64,000 nucleotides of DNA from positions 1,952,201 through 2,016,200 of the forward strand of contig NC_092679.1 of the NCBI RefSeq assembly GCF_964355755.1. The letters run 5' to 3'. Every line of letters begins with the position of its first letter. Within the stretch, counting starts at the first letter, position 1. Origin of the DNA: Antedon mediterranea. Lineage: Eukaryota; Animalia; Echinodermata. Made by a program: the position numbers and the translations under genes. Positions 27,427 through 37,792 of this stretch are shown piece after piece. Under the pieces are notes generated by a model, which did not search any database, was not told where the DNA came from, and saw nothing but the letters and a program-made list of their open reading frames with translations.

Positions 27427-27895
27427 AAGATAGTTTCCCCAAGGACAAAGAAAATTAAAATCCGGAAAAATGAAATTCCTTACTATATTTATCATAGAAG
27501 TTACACAATAGATTGTTCCATTCAAGGCCAAATACTCATATTTTATTCCAAAATAATTATTTTTATTGATTGATTTGTTGGGGGCTTTATTGTTTTATTA
27601 TTCTTGACTCGTGCATTGTGATCACTTAGTTAAAGTGTAATTAATGTTTAATCAATTTATAATGAAAAAAATTATGTGTTCAAACAAAGAGGATAAAAAT
27701 ACAATTGGTAAGAGATGGTTATGATGATATCATCAATATCCTAACCCTCCCACCAATCAGGTCTTTAAAAAGAAAATTAGATGATTCTTGGTATTGTATC
27801 TATAAATATTAAGTTCTATGATACAGTGTCACATATGTATCACATATGATACCTGTATCATAGGCAACAAGCCAAAACTTATCTGAAATCTATAA

Positions 27896-28262
27896 CTTAT
27901 GATCCTTCTATGCCTAATCTTATCCACAATCTAATCCTTATGATCTGATCCTCATAGGCCTAATCTTATCCACAATCTTAGCTAATCTTTATGATCCTAT
28001 CCTCCTAGGCTTAATCTTATCCACAATCTAATCCTTTTGATCCTATTCTTATAGGCCTAATCTTATCCACAATCTCATCCTTATGATCCTATCCTCATAG
28101 GCCTAATCTTATCCACAATCTAATCCTTATGATCTGATCCTCATAGACCTAAATCTTATCCACAATTTAATCCTTATGATCTGATCCTCATGGACCTAAA
28201 TCTTATATCCACAATCTAATCCTTATGATCTGATCCTCATAGACCTAAATCTTATCCACATT
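27896..28262. repeat. Approximately 46-bp minisatellite x8
   Basis: Unit cttatgatc(ct/tg)atcctcataggcctaatcttatccacaatctaatc. Confidence 0.92.
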
Positions 28263-29872
28263 CTATAGTTCTTTTTTTGTATCCCACACTTTAGTACATT
28301 TTCATAAATAAATGAACATGGCAATAAATTGTAAATACACAATATAATGAGAATGATTGTAAACCCTGATCTCCATATAAATGAAATATGATGATTAAAC
28401 TTTCAACCTATAATAATATGTTGTAAAAATGCCATTAAAATATGTATTATATTGTGCTCTATTTAAACTTAATGTCTTTTCAATGACTTTTTGACTTTTG
28501 TCGATAAATTATTTATAATTTACAAGAAAACATAAGTCATTTGTAAGTACAATGCAATCAAAAGTTTGTATTAAACAAATTAACATAAAAGCATAAATAA
28601 CAACTAAATATTAGACGTGAAATGATATATTAATCATGACATCTATTAATATTACATACACTCTGTGCTGTTGAACTACTTTCAAACGATTGTTTTTATT
28701 TGTCTTGGTCATGATAAATTTGACATACGGTAATTTAATTTGTTCAGATGACTAGTAATTCGAGATTGCAATTGGTCACTCAAAGTCTGACCAACAACGA
28801 AGATAAATGTCCAGATTGATTTTTGCCAACTTACTCTATTCTCAATCCCTGTGTGTCACACATTACCCAGTGAGTGGAATGTATACAGAGTTTTCATATT
28901 TTTTACATTATAGTGTGATGATAACATAATAGATGATAGATCAAATACAAAAGGTATGAATATTATCTTGTCTATATACTTTATTCTTGTTTTAGTTTAA
29001 TTTTGATAATTAGTATAATTACTTTTGAAAATATGAATTTTATAAAGGTTTTATCATCTTTTGTGATGGTCTTTTATTTGTTTTTACTTTGAATGAAACA
29101 TTTAAAAAAAATTTTTTTTTTTTTTCAAAATGTAACTCAAAAGTCAAAACCTACCATCGAATTTATTTCCTAGCCAGGGGCGACATAATTTAAATTTCTA
29201 TTTTTCAGTTTTATATGATAATTATTGAAAAGACCAGGTGCAAGATAGAGATAATAATCAAGATACTATGACTGCTGATTTTTCCTTTGATTGTCCGCAA
29301 CGTTCCATCTGGTCCGACTTCCTCTAGTTTCACAAAGACCGGTACCTCAATCCATGAAATCTTTTAATCCTTAAAATCTTTATTTACTTATAATAATTTG
29401 TAATATTGATTGTTCATTGGATATGTATGGTTTCCTATCTAAATGATTTATATTGTATTAAGATTTATTTGTTCCACTCGATTTCACGGTTTTAAAATTA
29501 AATCCAAATAGGTTTCAAATTGTTTGTGCTTTTGATTTTAAGATTACAAATAGAATGGTGCGGTTTAGAAAACTTCCGGTATGTATAGAAACTGTGTAAG
29601 TGTAACCGTATTAGCCTATTAAAACTCTAGCCTTTTCTCTCGATTGCTGTGCTTTATTTATACACAAGGTTTGTATATTGCTGCCGACTTTTGATGTTAC
29701 TGCCGGCACACGTTCATAAGGTTATTGTACTGTTGTAAAAATGTCTGGAGTGTGATGGGTAAAAATATATCTGTGAATAAAACCTATGTTAAACTCCTCT
29801 CCCAACTGCAAAATGGAAAAATTATATTGTGTCAGTTGAGGCTTAGGGATTAGAGTAGAAACAGTCCCTGAC

Positions 29873-29942
29873 ACTAGGTCAAACTTGAACCCTGGTCCTT
29901 GGAATAAGAAGGCAAGTATGTTAACCACCAAGCTACAGCAGC
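29873..29942 (-). mobile_element. tRNA-derived SINE head or tRNA pseudogene
   Basis: Reverse complement gctgctgTAGCTTGGTGGttaacatacttgccttcttattccaaggaccaGGGTTCAAGTttgacc shows A and B boxes at tRNA spacing; stems are degenerate. Confidence 0.6.
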
Positions 29943-30949
29943 TCCACTACTTCAGGAAATCATTGATATAATTAAGAAATTGTCCATGTGTTAATATGTT
30001 AAAAAGTACAGTCATGGCTACCCTTGCTTAATATCTATTGTTGGATGTGAATTGTTCCTGTATGGCTAAGCGGCTGTCTTATTTAGGGGTAATATAGAAT
30101 ATTGATATCTATTTTGAAGATGAGCTTTGTGTGTGGCCAACAATAGCATTTTGGATGGTATCGAAACAGCAATATACTACTATTGTACTGCAGTACTACT
30201 ATTGTACTGCAGTAACTAATTTCCACTGACCTTAATAAAAAAGGATAAAAATCAAACATTTGTAAATGTACCATGGAGAATAACTTATTTCAATTTTTTT
30301 TTAATAAGAGGCGCATTGTACACTGAATTTTTCCATAACAAATAAGTTTTTAAATTTTATTTTAAAAGAATCGAGAGGAGAATGATCATTATCTTAATCA
30401 TTTTTAAAAAGACGCAAAAAAATGTGTCCACCAAAAGTCATAAATTTATTGCATAATTATGATTATTTTGTTGATCCACAATGCTTAACAATTATTTTTT
30501 TATTGTTTTGTTGATACTTTATTTGTAAATTTGTGATAATTTACAGATAAATTCTTAATTTAGGTTTACTGTGGACGTTCCTGTTGTATTTTATTTAATA
30601 AGGCTTTGTAAAAAAATAACTGACTTCTTGCAGCACAAGTTTGACTTTTTACATAGTAGACTTGGATAAATCCGTAATTCCTGTAATATCAGTTTTAATT
30701 AATTATTTAAAACGTGTCATTAGTAAAACATTAGTGTTCAAATGTAGTTCCAAGGACATGGTTGATGGACAGGCAGAAATATGATTGAAAGGAGCCGTGG
30801 GCGAAAAAAAAATAAGGCGTTCATCGTACCCAATGTATTAATTATGGAATTTCTTTGTCTTTAGATGCAATCCATTAAAAAAAGGGATTTTTTTTCCTTA
30901 GAGATTTAGGACTTTTTATATATAGAATTCTTACTATTCGGAATGTTAG

Positions 30950-31072
30950 GCTCTGTCTACACATCAAACTAATTTGACAAAAAAAAGTGTGATATGCCCA
31001 AATATGATAGTGATATTGCCATATATGGGCACATTACATTTTTTTGTCACATGAAGTTTGATAGTGTAAACA
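30950..31072. mobile_element. MITE family M1, degenerate copy
   Basis: gctctgtctacac-atcaaact ... aagtttgatagtgtaaaca with M1 internal motifs. Confidence 0.8.
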
Positions 31073-31873
31073 AAAAGGACCAACAAAACAAAGAAAGTGA
31101 TTTTGTAAAGAAACGTTGTAATGAAAATAGCAACCTATCTATAGCTCGGGGTAAAAAGTTGGTAGAGACATATTTAATCTTTGGATTAAGATAGTTATAT
31201 CCTGATAAAAAAAACGGTAGTGGGGAAGTAAATGTGCAAAAATATAGGTTGTACGAAACGAGAGTGCGAAAGTTGAGATCTATATTCATATATAATATAG
31301 GAATACGATAAAATACTTTTATTGCAACATTTGAATTTGTTAAAGTATGCAAAGTATTATTTAAAATCCATAAAAAATATCAATTCATAGAGTGATAACA
31401 AAATGTTCATCAAAGAAACTTGAAACATGATAGTACACCTTGAACAAAGAAATTAATTTTGCGATAATGATAATTTTTCAATGGTGCCGCTTTTTAATTT
31501 AATTTTAAAATTGGAACATTTAATAAAAATGAACAAAGAAGACTTTGCAACATAATTTTCTTTTTTTAATGATAATTTTATAAAAGCATTTTAATTTAAA
31601 TATTTTAACAAATTGTTATACTGTAATTTAATCGTAATATAGTTCTTATGATGTATACGGTAATTTCTCTTCCAAACTTTTGATGTTCTATTATTTATTA
31701 TTTAAAGTTACGTTTTTTGGTTATGCAAACCGCTATGCCAACTAAAAATTGTTAGTTGTAATAATTTTATTTAGCTTTTAATTTCAATAAAAGTTTGTTA
31801 TTGGTTATGATTTTTGTCATTTTTAAAATTAAATAATTTTTAAGATTGATAGTGATATTGTTCATTTTTACAG

Positions 31874-32287
31874 GATCCCGCAGCTTTCTGTGAAAGATTA
31901 CAAGTGCCAAAACATTTAAAACAAAACTGGATGAAAGATCAATGTACCGTTTGCACCACGTCCTCCGCGCAACTCAAGCACGAAGCAGTCTCCATGGTCC
32001 AGTCACTCGAATCAACGCAAGTTAAAAAAGACCCCATGCCAGGCAAACCACCACCAACTCTAACTGGATCACGCGATTTAGCGTCTCTACAACGTTATGT
32101 ATACAGCCAACAAGGTGGCGAAAAAGACTCAAAATACCATAGACAAGTTAGACAGGGACGAGGCTATCCCAATCTTAAAGGGGCGTCGCCGGTTGTTAAA
32201 GAACAAACAAAGAAATACCTGGAAGAGAATTTTCCTGGAAATCATAGTAAAGCACAATTGGCTGCATTGATCGCCCAAAGACAGCAG
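31874..32287 (+). CDS. KIF26: Coding exon A of kinesin-like protein KIF26 (kinesin-11 family), N-terminal pre-motor region
   Basis: Acceptor ttcatttttacag|G at 31873/31874 and donor CAGCAG|GTAAGA at 32287/32288. 414 bp = 138 codons, phase 0/0, no stops. The translation DPAAFCERLQVPKHLKQNWMKDQCTVCTTSSAQLKHEAVSMVQSLE...PTLTGSR matches my recollection of vertebrate KIF26B (DPAFSAVIHDKLQVP...W...[23 protein letters not shown]...PTLVGSR). Confidence 0.9.
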
Positions 32288-32386
32288 GTAAGACCCAAAG
32301 TTTACACTTCCTTCAATGTAATACATCTGGTATATAATAAGCCTGCCCCTAATTTTAGGCTTATAACCATGTAAAAGTATTAACAA

Positions 32387-32993
32387 ACTAGAGGGTACTC
32401 CGAGAGTACAAACCTCCGCCTACTGTAAAATTCCCCTACATAAAATGCCCCCTGAATATATTTTTTTTCACATTTTTTTTTATTAGTTCTAAGTGTAAAT
32501 ATGTTAACTGCACACTACAAAGTTGTGGATGACAGTGTGGTGTAATGGTTATGTATCCAGCCTCTCACAGTTGAGATCGCTGGTTCAAGTCCCACTGAGG
32601 TTTTTTTTTTTTTTTATTATTAGTTTTTTATTTTTTTTTTTATAGTTTTTTGTGGACCTTGATCTTTGACCCTGACCCTTCAAAATTTAACCACAATTAT
32701 ATGATGTGTCATTGATCATTGTGGCTAAGTTTGGTGAGAATCGGATAAAAACTGTGGTCTCTATGCAGTAAAACAGTTTTTTGTTAGTTGTGACCTTGAC
32801 CTATGACCTTTCCCCCTCAAATTCGAACTCGTCCAAGCTTTTGGGGCATAGATCATTGTGTCCAAATTTGGTGAGAATCGGATAAAAACTGTGGCCTCCA
32901 GGCTGTTCACAGACACACACACAAACACCCCCACAAACACACACACACACAAACATACAGGGGTGAAAACATAACCTCCTTGGCGGAGGTAAT
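32387..32993 (-). mobile_element. Helentron-associated non-autonomous element (HINE/DINE/pearl-like), family H1 copy 1
   Basis: One end actagagggtactccgagagtacaaacctccgcc (hairpin plus subTIR); other end acctccttggcggaggtaat (subTIR plus hairpin). (CA)n microsatellite, two internal core repeats of about 140 bp (gacctt...gatcattgtg...tttggtgagaatcggataaaaactgtgg), no TSD. Confidence 0.88.
32531..32600 (+). pseudogene. tRNA-Glu(CTC)-like cassette inside H1 copy 1
   Basis: A box TGGTGTAATGG, anticodon loop ctCTCac, B box GGTTCAAGTCC, followed immediately by a long T run. Acceptor and T stems are imperfect. Confidence 0.7.
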
Positions 32994-33772
32994 TACTGTG
33001 GTGTTAGTAGCTATACATAAAAATGATATAGCCATTGTGCTGTTTCTTTTTCAACTTTTTTTGATCTTCTAAACATTTACATTTACACAAATGTGGTGTT
33101 AGTAACCATACATGATAATTATATAAATTCTTTTTTTTTTTTATTTTCTTCTAAACATTTACTTTTTACTCTAAAAGTTTGTATCAGAAGCAAATGCATC
33201 GATGCTGATCGGTTTGTTGAGATAATCATCATCCTGTCACTTCCATAATCTTGTACATATCAAGCATTAGAAAGAGTCTTCTTCTCAACAATAGTCGTTT
33301 ATAGGTCTCTTATGGTTGTCTTTCTTCCCAACAATCGTACTAGTTATTGCCATTGTTCCAGCATTACGCATTTAAAGTTATGGATTGCAGTAAACATTGC
33401 TTAACCTCAACGCCCAAGATTACGCCTTCAAGGCCGTAATAATTTCTAATTGAAAATAACTCATCAAATTGATTCTTAAAGATCACATTTTGATCTGTGA
33501 ATTGTGCCAGTATTATAGCAATTAATTAATTATATAAACATGTTTGTTATTTTTTTCATGATGTTTTTTTCATCAAAATTAAAAGAGGCTATTGATGATT
33601 TAAAAAAAATAATAGTTTGTTTTCTTTTCCATATAATAAAAGACAAATAAATTACAGCACAACTTTAGCACAACTTTTTTAAGTGACCTACTTTTTTCTT
33701 GTTTTTTGATGCATGAAGCTTTTTGTGAGATTTGATTTGTATAAGCTTTAAAAGAAAAAAAACTTTCTTTAA

Positions 33773-34203
33773 AGACACCTTCCCTACGTTTTATAGATCT
33801 AATTTAAGATCACTAACTAAATTAATGTAAAAATAATACTATATGGTCCCATTGGGATAACTTTTTTCGTCTTTAAATGGTTAAAAATGTGAAAAATAAG
33901 TTGATTCTAATAATGATAGCGGCCCATTATGAATCCCAATAGATATAGCTAGCGTACAATGTTCGTACGTTACCGATGTTTACCAGCTAGGCCTACAAAA
34001 CTAAGCCTAGCTAGGCTAGGCCTAAAGACCGTACACGAGAGGTCATTCGCCGCGAGCTACTTAGGTAGTGCATTGTTTCTCACTTTTTATCATAATTTAC
34101 CATAAAACGTATATTTAAGACAAGGAATGACCTGGTTTAATGTTTTTAAAGTAATAATATGTATTATTTTTACAAAAGGTCACAAATTGTAGGGAAGGTG
34201 TCT
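33773..34203. mobile_element. Kolobok-like non-autonomous DNA transposon, short copy (431 bp)
   Basis: TTAA TSD; perfect 15-bp TIR agacaccttccctac / gtagggaaggtgtct. Confidence 0.9.
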
Positions 34204-35845
34204 TTAAATGCTCGAGGGCAATCATGATACAATTCATGGTTCCTAGAAATGCTGACTAAATGAGGCCTGCTTCCCGACGGAAAGCACTTGCTTTTCCCAG
34301 GAGGGGAAGGGGCCTAGAAATAACTCCTCTACCTCTGCTGCCACCACTTTAGTTCCTCTGCACCCAAGAAACTGTATTGCAGGTTTGAGTCCTACATTAA
34401 ACTTGTTAAAGCAAAATGTCTGGAATTACTGAAAACATGTGACAATGTGATATTTACAACTGTAACGCAGAAGGCTAATTCATTTAAGCTAGTGACACCA
34501 TTCCTTTGAGCGCTTCAAGTTAGTTATGTTTAGGAAATGCCGCATTTTTTATTGAATTTGACATAATTGAGCCAATGCTTGTACCGTTAACATTGATGCT
34601 AAACTCTATTGGGTATTAAATATGTACTAAAGAAAACATGATTTATACAGTTTGATTGATCTAAAGATATTTTTGGGAAGGAAATCTGGTAAGAACATTG
34701 AGGGTTTAGCCGGCTTGTTTTGTCAGCCTAATTTTAAATCATGAACTAAAATTAAAGGATGTTTTAAATTTTGCCACAAGTTTGAAATGTAATTCTATTA
34801 TAATTTCTAAAGAACGTCTATTGTTAGTAATAACGTTAAAGGTATTTCTAAATAAACAGTCATTTCCATAAAAGCTTGACAAATTAGAAAAGCTTTCTGA
34901 ATTTAAGGTCGTTGAAGGTTGTTGAAGACGAGAAATGCCATTTATTTAATTTAGTTTGAGACTTTTTTTTTACTAGTTTCAAAGAGACGCTTTATTTTTA
35001 TCACTCAAACCCATTGCCAACCATCAAGCCATTCATGCATACTTGTTATTTTAGTGGTTTCAAGAATGAAGATTAGATAGAAACTGAAATTCCACCTAAG
35101 ATTTAACGACTACTTTTATCTACTTTACTTAACTTTACGATTACAACAAGACTATTTTCTATCCCATTATGTATGGTTAAGTTTAATAGTAGAAATCTCT
35201 TAATAAATATGTCAGTAGAAAGAATTTTCTAAGAGCTTGGAAGTAAAAAGTCTCAAATGATTAGAAACACATGGTGGATATTGTTCTTTCACGACAGAAA
35301 CATGTTAAATTAGTAACTTAAGGAAGTACTGATTATTTAAAGTTGAATCTTTTATTATCCTCCGTCAAAGATCCTTTATTTTCGGCAGGGTAACTGCTAC
35401 TTTGTTGATTTCCAGGTGGGGGTCTTCTAGAGGTCTTGGGGTTGTGAACAGTTCATTGATGTGCCCTCCTTCCGGTCTTGTTTAAGTTGGGGACTGCTAC
35501 GTGCTAAGTTGCTACTAGTAAAAGGAAAAGCTTGTACTTTTATCTTCCTGTAATTATCGTCTTAATCTGAGAAAAAGAAAGAATAATTCCAATTAAATGA
35601 ATTAACTTATTTATTATTTCCTTCTCTATTGGTATAAATTTTCTTATTTCCTGTTAGGCTAAAAATATGAAAAGAAAGAGATTTCTAATCTTCCTGTCGA
35701 AAAAAAAAATGTGTTGAACTTGAGAAGAACATTTCTGATTGAATAGTTTCTTTTCTTTTTTGCTTAATTTGATAATCAAGTTTTTTCAGATTTTCCTAAT
35801 GTTTAGGTAAAAAAATATCTTGAAAACATCTTATCATCTTTTATC

Positions 35846-36575
35846 TTTTTAGTCGCGTGGAAGCGACTCTATAGTTCACTATGTCGGTCGGTCGGTCTGT
35901 CTGTCGGTCTGTCAGTCTGTCGGTCCGGTATCACTATGCGTTTTATCGCTTTCTGACCTTATCTTGATATCAGTTTAATCTAACTAAGTCAATTTTTCAC
36001 AGTATATTCCTTATGGCCAGGAATCGATGTGGTTATGTTTTCACGGTGCGCAATAAAAAATTACACGGTCTACACACGATTTAACGAAATCAAGTTTGTA
36101 ATCATATCTTCACAACCATGAATCACAATTAAATAAAATTTGGTACTTATAAATTTCAGGGCATAAATCATCATATAGCAATACAATTACGTGCGTAGCG
36201 CATGTAACGCATGCGTACGCGCGCTTAAAATTTTCAAAATTTATTTTCGATGAAATAAGAGTACGTTTCAGTCAATTTTAAGCGTTTACAAAATTGCCAT
36301 GAGTGCGCAGATTTTTGCGCGCGCACTGCGCGTTAATTGTTATTGCGCACTCTTTTTGCCCGATTTCTGTTTTCTTGACTTACTTTTCAACTCGAAATTA
36401 CGTTATACGAGCTCGTCAAAAGTGACAGGCTACGCACGTGTAAATTAAAAAATATAACTGTTTTTAAACATTTCAACATTTTTAAACATGTTCAGTCATT
36501 TCGGTCAGTTGGTAGGTTGGTCGGTCGGTCGGTAAACACTAAGCACGCGACTGCAGCCATCTATATGGCCTTGTT
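35846..36575 (+). mobile_element. Helentron-associated element (DINE-1/HINE-like), family H2
   Basis: 5' ttttt-agtcgcgtg-gaa-gcgact (subTIR plus partial IR), (GTCY)n microsatellite, 3' cacgcgact subTIR, stem-loop gccat-ctat-atggc, terminal cttgtt. CpG-rich body. Confidence 0.88.
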
Positions 36576-37209
36576 AATACTAATTGTTAATTGTTAATAC
36601 ATTTAACATTTGTTGAAAACTAACTTTAAATTTTCCTAATTTTGTCATAGTTTGTACAGTGAATTCAATCCATTATAACAAAGTCAATTTATTAAGACAT
36701 TAACAATGGAAAAATCCAACAAGAATAAAGTAAGGTGTGAGCTTTGCACCAATGGGATTAATACCTCATCTCCAAAGGTGGAAGGCGCATCCTGTACGCA
36801 TCAGTGGCCTAATCCTCAGGATTAGGTCAAAGGATTAGGTAACGCTTGAGATTTACAGAGAAACCTAATTAACTTGTCTTTGGAGTTTCTACAGCATGCA
36901 CTTGTTCACTGTGCTTTAAACAATTTGAGTTAGTTTTCAGAAATTAAATTAAAGGTAGTCTACCGCACACATTTGGAAGTATTTTGACAGATTTGTGGAT
37001 AAGACTAAGGGGATAAGATTGATCAACAACATGATGCTCTGATTATGAGTCCTTCTACAGTTAAAATGAGGATCAGAAATTATGAATTTGAACCTCATAA
37101 TAGATCTGCTAGAAAGGTATGTTTAATTGGTTGTTTTTTGGTAGTGTCTAGAAATAATTGGGTCAATGTCAAAAGATTTTACATAAACAACATCTTAATA
37201 ACATTAAGA

Positions 37210-37792
37210 ACTAGAGGGTACTCCGAGAGTACAAACCTCCGCCTACTGTAAAATTCCCCTACATAAAATGCCCCCTGGATAATTTTTTTTTTACATTTTT
37301 TTTTATTAGTTCTAAGTGTAAATATGTTAACTGCACACTACAAAGTTGTGGATGACAGTGTGGTGTAATGGTTATGTATCCAGCCTCTCACAGTTGAGAT
37401 CGCTGGTTCAAGCCCCACTGAGGTTTTTTTTTTTTAATTTTTTTTTTGTTTTTTGTGGACCTTGATATTTGACCCTGACCCTTCAAAATTTAACCATAAT
37501 TATATGATGTGTCATTGATCATTGTGGCTAAGTTGAGAATCGGATCCAAACTGTGGTCTCTAGGCAGTAAATTTGTTTTTTGTTAGTTGTGACCTTGACC
37601 TATGACCTTTCCCCCTCAAATTCGAACTCGTCAGAGCTTTTTTGGCATAGATCATTGTGTCCAAATTTGGTTAGAATCGGATAAAAACTGTGGCCTCCAG
37701 GCTGTTCACAGACACACACACAAACACACACACACCAACACACACACGCACACATACAGGGGTGAAAACATAACCTCCTTGGCGGAGGTAAT
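37210..37792 (-). mobile_element. Helentron-associated element family H1 copy 2
   Basis: Near-identical to 32387-32993 in the same orientation; differs mainly in T and CA tracts and a few small indels. Confidence 0.88.
37354..37423 (+). pseudogene. tRNA-Glu(CTC)-like cassette inside H1 copy 2
   Basis: Same as 32531-32600 except the B box reads GGTTCAAGCCC; followed by a T run. Confidence 0.7.

Noticed and set aside
32288-32374. ORF-track extension of exon A (VRPKVYTSF...)
   Set aside because: Read-through past a strong CAG|GTAAGA donor into intron.
32531-32600. Functional tRNA-Glu gene
   Set aside because: Acceptor and T stems do not pair properly, and the sequence is embedded in a repeat.
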